Source: Candidatus Aenigmatarchaeota archaeon (GTDB lineage: Archaea > Aenigmatarchaeota > Aenigmatarchaeia > CG10238-14 > SCSR01). From it: DNA of 64,000 nt. The translations under genes and the position numbers were made by a program. Below the pieces are notes generated by a model. The model was not told where the DNA came from and ran no database searches. It saw only the letters and a program-made list of their open reading frames with translations. Shown in pieces: positions 55,399 through 64,000 of this stretch (its first letter is position 1; each line of letters begins with the position of its first letter). The stretch spans positions 1,521 to 65,520 of the forward strand of contig JACQIA010000002.1 of NCBI GenBank assembly GCA_016198705.1, in the 5' to 3' direction.

Positions 55399-55761
55399 AT
55401 GAAAATTTTGCTGGACACCAATTTCATTATGGACTTATGCAAGTTTCGAATAGACCTGGCAGATGTGCAGGATTTAGTTTCCGAGCCTGTAGAATTGTGT
55501 ATTTTGAACAAAACACTGAACGAGCTTGAATTTTTATCCAAAAAAGCGAAACATGGGAAATACGCAAAATTGTCATTGCTGTTAATTACAGCCAACAAGA
55601 TAAAGATTTTAGATGTTGTTGGTGATGTAGATAAAAATTTACTAGCATTAGCTGGCAACTTTCTAATTGCAACCAATGATGGAAAATTACGGCAAAAATT
55701 GAAGCAAAAAGGAATGAAAACTATATATTTAAGGGCAAGAAAACATTTAGCTATAGGTTGA
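55399..55761 (+). CDS. PIN-domain ribonuclease (Fcf1/Utp24-like)
   Basis: ILLDTNFIMDL ... LIATNDGKLRQKL acidic-residue pattern of Fcf1-type PIN; 120 aa; a conserved neighbour of eif2g and rpoE. Confidence 0.55.
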   Translation: MKILLDTNFIMDLCKFRIDLADVQDLVSEPVELCILNKTLNELEFLSKKAKHGKYAKLSLLLITANKIKILDVVGDVDKNLLALAGNFLIATNDGKLRQKLKQKGMKTIYLRARKHLAIG

Positions 55762-55767
55762 GGCTTA

Positions 55768-57720
55768 ATGTTAGAACTCGCAATTTTAGCTGGTCTGTTG
55801 GCGGTTTTCTTTTCTGTTGTATTGGCACAAGATATAATGAGGCAGGATGCTGGAACAGAAAAGATGAAAGAAATATCCAAGGCAATCCAACAAGGTTCTA
55901 ATGCATATTTGAAGAGGCAATACAAAACATTGATCCCTGTAGTGCTGATACTTTCTGCAGCGCTCTATTTCATAGGGGTTGAGGCTATGCTGTCTTTTAT
56001 TTTTGGTGTTATCATGTCTGCACTCGCTGGTTGGATGGGAATGAATATTTCTGTTAAAACCAATTCAAGAGTTGCTCATGCTGCAAGTAAAGGTTTGAAA
56101 GAAGCTTTATCGCTTGCGTTTAAAGGCGGTGCAGTAACAGGCATGATGGTTGTTGGACTGGGTTTGTTAGGCGTGAGTGCTTTATTTATTTTGTTTGGTA
56201 AACCTGAGCTTATAATCGGATTTGGGTTTGGCGCTAGTTTAATAAGCTTGTTCATGAGAGTTGGCGGTGGCATTTATACCAAGGCTGCAGATGTGGGTGC
56301 TGATTTGGTTGGTAAGGTTGAGAAGGGAATACCAGAAGACGATCCAAGAAACCCAGCTGTTATTGCTGATAATGTCGGGGATAATGTCGGGGATTGTGCA
56401 GGCATGGCTGCAGACGTGTTCGAGTCTTATGCGGTTGCGTTGATTGCTTCAATGCTTTTGGGTGTAGCCATAACTAACGGTGTAATCTTTCCTTTAGTCA
56501 TAGGTGCGACGGCAATTTTTGCATCAATCATAGGAACATTCTTCGTTAGACTTGGAAAAAATAACGACATATGGGCGGCCTTGAACAAAGGTTTGATAAG
56601 CACTACAATAATTTCCGCAATTTTATTCTACCTTACCACAGTATATTTCTTCAATAGCATAAATCTATTTTTCGCAGCATTAACAGGTTTGATAGCTACA
56701 GTGTTGATTAGCATGATCACTGAATACTACACTTCTAGAGAACGCAAGCCAGTAAGAGAAGTTGCAAAATCTGCTACAACAGGAGCAGCGACAAACATTA
56801 TATCAGGATTAGCTCTTGGACTCCAAAGTACAGCACCTTCCATCTTGGTCATTGTTGCAGCAATTTTGGCATCCTATTATTTCGGTGGTGTTTATGGCAT
56901 TGCTATAGCTGCTTTAGGCATGCTTTCAGTAACAGGTATGATTGTGGCTATTGATGCCTATGGACCGATAACGGATAATGCTGGAGGAATTGCAGAGATG
57001 TCTAAATTGCCAGTGAGAGTTAGAAAGATCACAGACGCACTGGACGCCGTAGGCAATACAACTAAAGCTGTGACCAAGGGATTCGCAATCGGCTCAGCCG
57101 CACTAGCCGCATTATCTTTATTCGCTGCATATTCAGAAGCTGTGAATTTACAAACAATCAACATTCTCTCTGACAAAGTCGTAGCAGGTTTATTCATCGG
57201 CGGCGCTATACCATTTCTATTTTCTTCATTTTTGATGAAAGCTGTTGGAAATGCGGCAATGCTTGTGGTCGAAGAAGTCAGAAGACAATTTAAAACTATA
57301 AAAGGATTGATGGAAGGTAAAGCCAAACCCGACTATGGAAAGGCTGTTGACATAAGTACTCAAGCGGCTTTACGGGAGTTGACACTGCCAGGTATGCTGG
57401 CAGTTTTATCGCCAATAGTTGTTGGATTTATTTTGGGTACAGAAGCATTAGGCGGGATGCTAGCTGGTAGTATAGTTACAGGATTGCTATTGGCATTAAC
57501 ATTCAGTAATGCAGGTGCTGCGTGGGATAATGCCAAAAAGTACATTGAAACAGGAGCATTTGGTGGCAAAGGTTCTGATGCACATAAAGCTGCTGTTGTA
57601 GGTGATACTGTAGGCGATCCAAGCAAGGACACCGCCGGTCCAAGTTTGAACCCATTGATAAAGGTTTTAAATACAATTTCACTAATTTTTGCTACACTCT
57701 TTGTTAGTTTTGCTATATAG
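55768..57720 (+). CDS. hppA: Membrane-bound proton-translocating inorganic pyrophosphatase
   Basis: [20 protein letters not shown] and [21 protein letters not shown] signature motifs; 650 aa, polytopic. Confidence 0.9.
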   Translation: MLELAILAGLLAVFFSVVLAQDIMRQDAGTEKMKEISKAIQQGSNAYLKRQYKTLIPVVLILSAALYFIGVEAMLSFIFGVIMSALAGWMGMNISVKTNSRVAHAASKGLKEALSLAFKGGAVTGMMVVGLGLLGVSALFILFGKPELIIGFGFGASLISLFMRVGGGIYTKAADVGADLVGKVEKGIPEDDPRNPAVIADNVGDNVGDCAGMAADVFESYAVALIASMLLGVAITNGVIFPLVIGATAIFASIIGTFFVRLGKNNDIWAALNKGLISTTIISAILFYLTTVYFFNSINLFFAALTGLIATVLISMITEYYTSRERKPVREVAKSATTGAATNIISGLALGLQSTAPSILVIVAAILASYYFGGVYGIAIAALGMLSVTGMIVAIDAYGPITDNAGGIAEMSKLPVRVRKITDALDAVGNTTKAVTKGFAIGSAALAALSLFAAYSEAVNLQTINILSDKVVAGLFIGGAIPFLFSSFLMKAVGNAAMLVVEEVRRQFKTIKGLMEGKAKPDYGKAVDISTQAALRELTLPGMLAVLSPIVVGFILGTEALGGMLAGSIVTGLLLALTFSNAGAAWDNAKKYIETGAFGGKGSDAHKAAVVGDTVGDPSKDTAGPSLNPLIKVLNTISLIFATLFVSFAI

Positions 57721-57722
57721 AG

Positions 57723-58274
57723 TTGAAAATTATGTATCGCATAACAACCGTATCAGACAGAATTAGAGTTCCGCCAGAGAAATTTACATCCAACCTCAAA
57801 GAATCTGTAAAGCAATCAATAAAGGAAAAACTGGTGGGTATCTTAGACCCAAGAGTAGGCATTATCCTTTCGGTAATCGATATAGAAAAAGTAGGCGAGG
57901 GTAAAATAATGGCTAATGATCCTGGTGTGTACTACATGGCAACTTTCAAACTATTGACATACAAGCCAGAACTGCACGAACTTGTGCATGGCGAGGTAGT
58001 TGATAATGCAGAATACGGTTCTTTTGTAAGAATCGGCCCTATGGACGGGTTAATACATATCTCCCAATTGATGGATGATTTTGTGAGCTATGACAATAAG
58101 AACTCTGTGTTTCTTGGAAAAGAAACAAAAAGAACTTTGAAAGAAGGGGATAAGGTAAAGGCGAGAATAATCTCCGTTTCATTCACCGAACAAAACAAAG
58201 TTGGTTTGACTATGCGCCAAACCGGGTTAGGCTCTGTCGCGTGGATAGAAGCTGAGAAAAAGAAAAAGAAGTGA
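57723..58274 (+). CDS. rpoE: RNA polymerase subunit E' (Rpo7)
   Basis: S1-domain protein of 183 aa immediately upstream of spt4. Confidence 0.75.
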   Translation: MKIMYRITTVSDRIRVPPEKFTSNLKESVKQSIKEKLVGILDPRVGIILSVIDIEKVGEGKIMANDPGVYYMATFKLLTYKPELHELVHGEVVDNAEYGSFVRIGPMDGLIHISQLMDDFVSYDNKNSVFLGKETKRTLKEGDKVKARIISVSFTEQNKVGLTMRQTGLGSVAWIEAEKKKKK

Positions 58275-58278
58275 TAGA

Positions 58279-58467
58279 ATGGCAAAGAAGAAACAGGTTT
58301 GCAGAAATTGCAGAAGATTCACAACAGAAAAAGTATGCCCAGTGTGCAAATCAACAAATTTGTCAACAAGCTGGAAAGGCTTAGCGATAGTCATTGATAC
58401 GAACTCTGAAATAGCAAAATTGCTGAATATCTTAGAGCCTGGTAGTTACGCATTATATGTTGGTTAA
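58279..58467 (+). CDS. spt4: Spt4 / RNA polymerase subunit E''
   Basis: Zn ribbon CRNCRRF...CPVCKS; 62 aa. Confidence 0.7.
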   Translation: MAKKKQVCRNCRRFTTEKVCPVCKSTNLSTSWKGLAIVIDTNSEIAKLLNILEPGSYALYVG

Positions 58468-58759
58468 TATGGAATTATCTATTGTGAAAGAGAAAGACAA
58501 TCCCTTTTTAAAAAGGAAAGAAATATCTTTGGTAATAAACCATCCTAAAGCGCCCACTCCGACAAAGGCAGAAATTATAAAGACTGTTGCAGGCAGCAAT
58601 TCTGTTGAAGAAAGCCAAGTAGTGATAGATTATATTTTTACCAAAAAAGGCATTTCTGAATCCTTGATAAAATTAAAGATATTGAAAGAAAAGCCAAGAA
58701 TTGAAATTAAAGCGAAAGAAGGTGAACATGTTGAAGCACAAACCAGTAAAGCAGCATGA
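58457..58759 (+). CDS. rps24e: Ribosomal protein S24e
   Basis: 100 aa; KDNPFLKRKEISLVINHPKAPTPTKAEI compares with the S24e core. Confidence 0.75.
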   Translation: MLVNMELSIVKEKDNPFLKRKEISLVINHPKAPTPTKAEIIKTVAGSNSVEESQVVIDYIFTKKGISESLIKLKILKEKPRIEIKAKEGEHVEAQTSKAA

Positions 58760-58901
58760 ATATTTCAAGGTTGACGGTAATTTAACAAGAGCTAATAAAA
58801 ATTGCCCTAGATGTAGCGACACTTTTCTTGCTCAGCATAAGCAGACCGATGGAAAAATAAGATTCTACTGCGGTAAATGCCATTTGAGCAGTTGGGAATG
58901 A
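58728..58901 (+). CDS. rps27ae: Ribosomal protein S27ae
   Basis: Zn ribbon CPRCSD...CGKCHL. ATG at 58728 is preferred over the TTG-initiated ORF start at 58701; it overlaps the 3' end of rps24e. Confidence 0.7.
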   Translation: MLKHKPVKQHEYFKVDGNLTRANKNCPRCSDTFLAQHKQTDGKIRFYCGKCHLSSWE

Positions 58902-58919
58902 ATAGTGAATAAAAGTTAT

Positions 58920-59165
58920 TTAGCTCATGATATCCGCAGTCACCAATTTATCTGTTGTGGTTATCTTAACTCTCACCTTGGTTGGCGGATTTTTAATCCC
59001 AAATTTCCATATAAATTCGTTTAAGCCTTTGCTGATTTTTACTTTCTCGGCTTTAGTTTTTTTCCTTAGAATTTCCTTTAAAATTTTAGTTGCAGCATCG
59101 CTTCTATCCCATTTAGGTGTTTTCACCAATTGCTTTCTCAAGTTTATAGTTAGAATAGTTTCCAT
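58920..59165 (-). CDS. rpl31e: Ribosomal protein L31e
   Basis: VKISKGLNEFIWKFGIKNPPTKVRVKI compares with L31e VKIDQSLNEAIWARGIRNPPRKVRV. Internal Met start (METILTINLRK) is preferred. Confidence 0.7.
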   Translation of the reverse strand: METILTINLRKQLVKTPKWDRSDAATKILKEILRKKTKAEKVKISKGLNEFIWKFGIKNPPTKVRVKITTTDKLVTADIMS

Positions 59166-59227
59166 GTCTTTAAGTTTATGCCCGGAGATATTTAAGCTAA
59201 ATCCCACAAACTTTATAAAGAGAGTAC

Positions 59228-59683
59228 ATGAAAGCTATCTCCCCATTAATAGCTGTAGTTTTGTTAGTAGGCTTTACAGTGGCTTTAGGCGGGATAGTAA
59301 TAACATGGCTATCCACCTTAGCATCAACACAGACAACTATAGTGAGCAGCGGAACTGAAAAGCAGGTGAAATGTGCAGCCTCATCGCTTGCTGTCATCGA
59401 AGTTCGATATCCCTCCGGCGCCGGGAATGGTTTTGTAAATGTGACAGTAAGATATGAGAGTGGTACAGAAATTTTATCTAACATTACAGCAGAAGTAGGT
59501 GCAAGGGGTTCACTTCAAGCCAATACTTCTACAGGAACCGTCAGTCCCGGAGAAACTAGAGTTATCCAAGTTTCGCCAGCCAATTACCCTCCCGAGTTAG
59601 TTTCTGCAAGAGGATTCTGTCAAAGCTCGGTTTCAGTGATTGGTGAATGTAAGTCAGGCCAGCCCTGCATGAAAGGCAGTTAA
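59228..59683 (+). CDS. Secreted pilin-like protein (class III signal), 151 aa
   Basis: MKAISPLIAVVLLVGFTVALGGIVITWL; C-terminal Cys pair. Confidence 0.55.
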   Translation: MKAISPLIAVVLLVGFTVALGGIVITWLSTLASTQTTIVSSGTEKQVKCAASSLAVIEVRYPSGAGNGFVNVTVRYESGTEILSNITAEVGARGSLQANTSTGTVSPGETRVIQVSPANYPPELVSARGFCQSSVSVIGECKSGQPCMKGS

Positions 59684-59726
59684 GCCAATCGCTTAGTTTA
59701 TTTATTAAAAATACAAATGAATAATT

Positions 59727-60182
59727 ATGAAAGGACTTTCTCCAATAGTAGCAGTAGTGCTTTTAATAGGGTTTACTGTGTCAATAGCTGGTATAGTATC
59801 TGTTTGGATAACTTCGACTACTAGAACACAAACAGAAATTATTGGCGAACAAGCTAGTTTACAGGCACAGTGTGTTGGTTCGACATTGGTTGTAAAGGAG
59901 GTTAGACGCAGTTCTGGACAGGTGAATATTACGTATGCATTGGAAACCGGTACTGAAGGTTTAACCAATATAAGTATAGAGGCAATTGCTCTGGGTAATA
60001 CAACAAGAGCGGGACCATTTTACGTAAACACAACAATAAAACCAGGTGAAGGGAATGCTTCTACACTTAACATACAGCCAGTTGGCCCGCTGGATTTAGT
60101 TAGAGTATTTGGGCTTTGCCAAAATAAATATCCTATTTCAACAGAATGCAAATCTGGCAAGCCATGCATGGTTTCAAACTAG
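59727..60182 (+). CDS. Secreted pilin-like protein, tandem paralogue, 151 aa
   Basis: MKGLSPIVAVVLLIGFTVSIAGIVSVWI; the C-terminus ECKSGKPCM parallels the neighbour's ECKSGQPCM. Confidence 0.55.
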   Translation: MKGLSPIVAVVLLIGFTVSIAGIVSVWITSTTRTQTEIIGEQASLQAQCVGSTLVVKEVRRSSGQVNITYALETGTEGLTNISIEAIALGNTTRAGPFYVNTTIKPGEGNASTLNIQPVGPLDLVRVFGLCQNKYPISTECKSGKPCMVSN

Positions 60183-60346
60183 ATCCTTAACCTGATTCTT
60201 CTCCATCTCTTAACTTTGTCAACAGTTAGTCTTCTGCTTCTCGCTCTCTTCAAACCGAATTTTCTTATATCCGCCCATCTCGGAGCAGTTCTAATTTTAC
60301 CTATCTTCGACAATTTTATCTTTTTTGTAAGAAATTTTATGGACAT
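60179..60346 (-). CDS. rpl39e: Small basic ribosomal protein, L39e-like (55 aa)
   Basis: Own translation MSIKFLTKKIKLSKIGKIRTAPRWADIRKFGLKRARSRRLTVDKVKRWRRIRLRI, with KRWRRIRL compared to the L39e RRHWRRTKL end. Its ATG overlaps the rrp42 stop (TGATG). L39e-L31e adjacency is conserved in archaea. Confidence 0.45.
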   Translation of the reverse strand: MSIKFLTKKIKLSKIGKIRTAPRWADIRKFGLKRARSRRLTVDKVKRWRRIRLRI

Positions 60347-61104
60347 CAAACCAGTTTCCTCAATTCTTTACTTTTTTCAATAGCAGTATCCAACATTCTC
60401 TCAATATCTTCAAATTTAATTTCATTTACGCCCTGTTTTTGCAAAGCACATATCTTATCGTCGTCTCTAACTGATATGCTGAGTTTTGAATCCAAAATTT
60501 TCTCCTCGTCATAGTTTGGATCCAATATAAAATTATCTCCCACTTTGGAAACTGTTATATTTATTGGAGTAAATGCAACAGGCAATGGTTTGTCATATTC
60601 ACCTCTAACTATTTTATCGTTTTCCAATTTTGGCAATCTTGCATTTCGAAGTGCAGCTATGCTTGCTAAGGATGCAGCATCCTGTAAATTTCCATGATGG
60701 TTGATTATATGTATATCTACAAAAGTAGAGAACACATTCTCTCCCTCCACCAGGCATAATTTATCAAGTTCTATAGCATCCGATTCTCTAATGCCCCTAT
60801 CAACTATTCTCGACAATTCTACAGCATTCTCACTAGGGGGACCCGCTTCAAATTCCGGCGACGCCATCGGAGTAAATTCTGTATTCACTATAAGTATGCC
60901 TCTATCTGGTGTGTCTGGAAATGGCTTTCCTGTACCAATTTTCACGCCAGCTATGACTTCCGTCTCACCAAATTTTACTTTTGCAGAACCTTCTGCAGTA
61001 CTAATGATATTTGTAGAAATTTCTATAGCTCTGAATTCATCAAACTTCCTTCCGTCTATTCTCTTGCCTTTATGTATGAGTTCTAGTGCGTACAGTTCTT
61101 CCAT
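60346..61104 (-). CDS. rrp42: Exosome subunit Rrp42 (RNase PH-like, non-catalytic)
   Basis: RIDGRKFDEFRAIEI N-terminus with RNase PH fold; third gene of the rrp4-rrp41-rrp42 order. Confidence 0.8.
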   Translation of the reverse strand: MEELYALELIHKGKRIDGRKFDEFRAIEISTNIISTAEGSAKVKFGETEVIAGVKIGTGKPFPDTPDRGILIVNTEFTPMASPEFEAGPPSENAVELSRIVDRGIRESDAIELDKLCLVEGENVFSTFVDIHIINHHGNLQDAASLASIAALRNARLPKLENDKIVRGEYDKPLPVAFTPINITVSKVGDNFILDPNYDEEKILDSKLSISVRDDDKICALQKQGVNEIKFEDIERMLDTAIEKSKELRKLV

Positions 61105-61839
61105 CTATTCACCCTTGTAAAAATCCTTCAAAACCTTAATCTGCATTTCATAAATTTTCATGCATGACTCTTTTGCCGACTGTAAAAGTTTCAATACTTC
61201 CTTCTTTGTTAAAGCTCCGTCCATCTGCAGCAAACTTATAACTCCTTTATTTGGCAGCATAGCAAAGGCCATGTCCGCCTCAGAATTGTTATCCTCTTTG
61301 CCGTTTAAATCCACAACCAGCGTGCCATCAATTTTTCCAACAGAACATGATGCAACCAGATCTTCCATCGGTATGCCGGCAGCAGCTAAAGCCAACGAAA
61401 GCGCATTAATCGCAGTTACTCTTGTACTTCCATCAGCTTCTATAATTTCAGCAAAACCATCTATAGTAATTTTTGGAAAATCTTCCAAGAAAATTGTAGG
61501 TCCTAATGCCAACCTTATAACTTTCGATATTTCTGTGCTCCTTCTATCTGGGCCAGGAGATTTTCTGTCATTTACAGAAAAAGGCGCCATGTTATACCTA
61601 ATTCTCAAGATTCCAGTGCCAGATTCTTGCAAATATCTAGGAAACAAAGCTCTCGGTCCATGTACAGATGCAATCGCAGTAGTCTTCCCAAATTTTACTT
61701 CCGCAGAACCATTTGCTCTTGTCACTACATTTAATTTCATTTTTATATCTCGCAATTGCTCCGGAAGCCTACCATCAATTCTCTTGCCATCAACCATCAA
61801 TTTTTCTTCTTTCATTTCAAACACCCAACAGACTTTCAA
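61105..61839 (-). CDS. rrp41: Exosome subunit Rrp41 (RNase PH catalytic subunit)
   Basis: VDGKRIDGRLPEQLRDIKM, phosphate-binding GSTRVT-type region. The true start is probably the Met at 61815 (MKEEKL). Confidence 0.85.
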   Translation of the reverse strand: MKVCWVFEMKEEKLMVDGKRIDGRLPEQLRDIKMKLNVVTRANGSAEVKFGKTTAIASVHGPRALFPRYLQESGTGILRIRYNMAPFSVNDRKSPGPDRRSTEISKVIRLALGPTIFLEDFPKITIDGFAEIIEADGSTRVTAINALSLALAAAGIPMEDLVASCSVGKIDGTLVVDLNGKEDNNSEADMAFAMLPNKGVISLLQMDGALTKKEVLKLLQSAKESCMKIYEMQIKVLKDFYKGE

Positions 61840-62479
61840 TCCTTTCTGTCAACCCCATAGTATGGGATTCCTTTTCTATCGTCAATATGGCTTCTATTGC
61901 TTTAGCTTTATCTTCTCCTCTTATCCAAATAACGCCATTTTGGCCTGTATAGATGTCGCATTTGGTCTTGTTTTTTATCAAACTTATCATACTTCCAGCT
62001 TTGCCAATTATCCTTGGAATCTTGGTTGGGGTGACTTTAATTATTATCCCGCCATACAGCTTCCTTGCCGAAGGATCCCTCATACTCACTTGTACAGTTT
62101 TATTTTTTGTAACTTTTGACAATCTGCAAAAAACAATATCGCCAACATCAAAGTATCTGCTTATGTCGGTTCTAGCCATATCCACAAACTCATCCACAGC
62201 CTCAGCAATAGGCAAGAATGCGGCATAAGGGGAATTAATATCAACTAACCAGCCAGAAATCTCAACTCCTTCCACTATTCCGATTACCTTATCACCCATG
62301 TTTGGCAGATAAACTCCTGATAGAGGTATGACAGAAATTTCATTTTCATCAATCCTTGGCACCCCTACAAATTTTGAAAAAATAATCTCCCCCTCCTGAT
62401 AAACGCCATTACCCAATTTCCTGCCTTTCCTGCCATCAATTTTTTCGCCTGGTATAACTACATCCCTATATTCAGCCAT
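61817..62479 (-). CDS. rrp4: Exosome cap subunit Rrp4 (S1 + KH)
   Basis: S1 segment GDKVIGIVEGV; KH segment IIGKAGSMISLIKNKTKCDI. Confidence 0.8.
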   Translation of the reverse strand: MAEYRDVVIPGEKIDGRKGRKLGNGVYQEGEIIFSKFVGVPRIDENEISVIPLSGVYLPNMGDKVIGIVEGVEISGWLVDINSPYAAFLPIAEAVDEFVDMARTDISRYFDVGDIVFCRLSKVTKNKTVQVSMRDPSARKLYGGIIIKVTPTKIPRIIGKAGSMISLIKNKTKCDIYTGQNGVIWIRGEDKAKAIEAILTIEKESHTMGLTERIESLLGV

Positions 62480-63189
62480 CAGATAGCCTCCTTCTTTATA
62501 ATCTTAGATTCAAAACTACCATGTGTGATGCCGGAAATTTTTTGAAATATCTCTTCCTGCATGCCAGCTAACATTTCTATATTCACCTGCAGGCTTCCAT
62601 CATTCAGCCACTGCTCTTGTTGTACATTGCCAGCCGTCTTTAAAATTGGATATACTTTTCCAGAAAATTGCGGGGGTATTTTTATTTGCAATACAACTTT
62701 CTCAAACTTTATAGGCAAAATCAGTTTAATCGCTTTTATAATTTTGTCTATCTGAAGTTCTGCATCTATCAAAGGATCTATATTTACACCAGCTTGGTCC
62801 ATTGCATTTAGAACTCTTTGAGGAGGATGCGGTGTATTTGTCTGAGGGTTTATTCCCCTTTTAGATATTAATGTTGCTATTTGAGTTTTCTTTTGTTCAA
62901 CCATCTGCCTTCTTTGTTCTGTGGTTAACTGCAATTCTCCCTCCTTGATTATTTTTGCTGCAATTTTAAAAACATCAGTAGTGCCAAAAGTTTTTTGCAG
63001 ATCCTTCTCAGGAACCATATCAGTAGTTCTTACATCCCTATATATCGCGGGATAGGCTAAAATTTCACTCATGTCTATATTAGCTCCCTTCTTAAACTCT
63101 AAAGCTTTGTTTGGATCAACCAAGATTTCAAATTTCTGGCCAGAAACTGTGAGTCTACTAGTAACGGCCTTATCTAAACTAACCGACAA
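62479..63189 (-). CDS. sdo1: SBDS-family ribosome maturation protein (Sdo1)
   Basis: 236 aa, with the conserved position between psmA and rrp4 in the exosome superoperon, and an N-terminal FYSH-like segment. Confidence 0.7.
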   Translation of the reverse strand: MSVSLDKAVTSRLTVSGQKFEILVDPNKALEFKKGANIDMSEILAYPAIYRDVRTTDMVPEKDLQKTFGTTDVFKIAAKIIKEGELQLTTEQRRQMVEQKKTQIATLISKRGINPQTNTPHPPQRVLNAMDQAGVNIDPLIDAELQIDKIIKAIKLILPIKFEKVVLQIKIPPQFSGKVYPILKTAGNVQQEQWLNDGSLQVNIEMLAGMQEEIFQKISGITHGSFESKIIKKEAI

Positions 63190-63249
63190 GACATCACTTA
63201 ATTTCTCTCTATCTCCAAATATACTACTAAAGAAGCATTTAAATAGTTA

Positions 63250-63945
63250 TTATTTTGCCAGCTTTTTATTCTCATCTTCAGCTATTTTTTTGAACTTACC
63301 GTCTTTTTTTACAACTGCCAAATCAATAGAACCTTCTTTTTTGTCCTTTTCCGTTTTAGCAATAACATCAACAGCCAATTCTAATGCATCCTTTTCCTGC
63401 AAATCCTTCTTCCATCTTTGCTTCAATATCTTGTTTGCCAACACAGCACCTCTGCCTATTGCATAGGCATTCCATTCAAACAGCATGCCAGAAGGGTCAG
63501 ATTCTATAAGATGCATCCCGGTCTTATCCACGCCACCTACTAACAAAGTAACACCAAAAGGGCGGAGACCTGCATATAAAGTGGATATCTGCATCCTGTC
63601 GCCAAACAATCTAGCTATGCCCCATATATCAATCGGCTCTTCATATGTGATTTTATTTACTTGAGCCCTAACTCTAGCTTGGTTTACCAGCACACGGGCA
63701 TCTGCAAGAAGACCAGCAGCAACCACGCCTATATGTTCGTCTACTTGGAAAATTTTTTCTGATGAAGAAGAAACCATTAATGAAGTGTTAGGCTTAATGC
63801 TGGCCAAAACTATTCCATCTTTAAACGTTACACCTACACATGTTGTTCCTCTCTTGACCGCTTCTTTCGCGTACTCGACCTGGAAAAGCCGCCCATCTGG
63901 ACTAAAAACTGCTATTGTTCTATCATATCCCATGTACTCTGGCAT
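63250..63945 (-). CDS. psmA: Proteasome alpha subunit
   Basis: MPEYMGYDRTIAVFSPDGRLFQVEYAKEAVKRGTT, the canonical alpha-subunit N-terminus. Confidence 0.85.
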   Translation of the reverse strand: MPEYMGYDRTIAVFSPDGRLFQVEYAKEAVKRGTTCVGVTFKDGIVLASIKPNTSLMVSSSSEKIFQVDEHIGVVAAGLLADARVLVNQARVRAQVNKITYEEPIDIWGIARLFGDRMQISTLYAGLRPFGVTLLVGGVDKTGMHLIESDPSGMLFEWNAYAIGRGAVLANKILKQRWKKDLQEKDALELAVDVIAKTEKDKKEGSIDLAVVKKDGKFKKIAEDENKKLAK

Positions 63946-64000
63946 GATTTCTGGAATTTGTAATCACCTTGAAATAAATTAACTTCTTCTATTTAAATTA

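Noticed and set aside
56340-56400. 12-nt tandem duplication GATAATGTCGGG x2 in hppA
   Set aside because: It encodes the canonical DNVGDNVGD motif of H+-pyrophosphatases, so it is not a recent repeat expansion.
1-64000. CRISPR arrays, rRNA genes, prophage-scale blocks
   Set aside because: No regularly spaced direct repeats, no rRNA-like conserved stretches, and no capsid/terminase/integrase-like ORFs were seen. The only mobile element is the truncated IS at the left edge.

Overview
This 64 kb window is AT-rich (about one-third GC by eye) and gene-dense, and looks like a small-genome archaeon, possibly DPANN-like, judged from archaeal informational genes and lysine/isoleucine-rich proteins. 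Most of it is housekeeping genes in conserved archaeal arrangements. These include prefoldin-FtsY-SRP54; L21e-RpoF-DUF655; aEF-1beta with its Zn-ribbon partner; a tRNA next to RNase Z and the CCA-adding enzyme; His-, Ile-, Ala-, Leu-, Phe- (alpha and beta) and Trp-tRNA synthetases; S6e-aIF2gamma-PIN-RpoE'-Spt4-S24e-S27ae; L31e/L39e; and the exosome superoperon PsmA-SBDS-Rrp4-Rrp41-Rrp42. Several accessory regions are superimposed on this core. Positions 1-6900 hold a truncated IS4/IS5-type transposase, a Zn-ribbon ORF, a Dam-like N6-adenine methyltransferase with a small PD-(D/E)xK nuclease, and a two-gene operon whose larger product has a ParB/sulfiredoxin-fold nuclease domain. Next to these is a large surface protein that joins an archaeal class III (pilin-type) signal peptide to phage tail-fibre-like glycine repeats and a C-terminal peptidase S74 intramolecular-chaperone domain. 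Positions 30.0-39.7 kb hold a complete Tad/EppA-like type IV pilus locus. Two tandem pairs of pilin-like genes and an H+-pyrophosphatase interrupt otherwise conserved ribosomal/translation operons. A higher-GC, arginine-rich aspartokinase next to an intron-containing tRNA is a strong horizontal-transfer candidate. Both tRNAs are over-length; one fits a non-canonical 11-nt intron at 29/30. No CRISPR array or rRNA was seen. The accessory items above are the candidates for new biology; none can be confirmed without searches.
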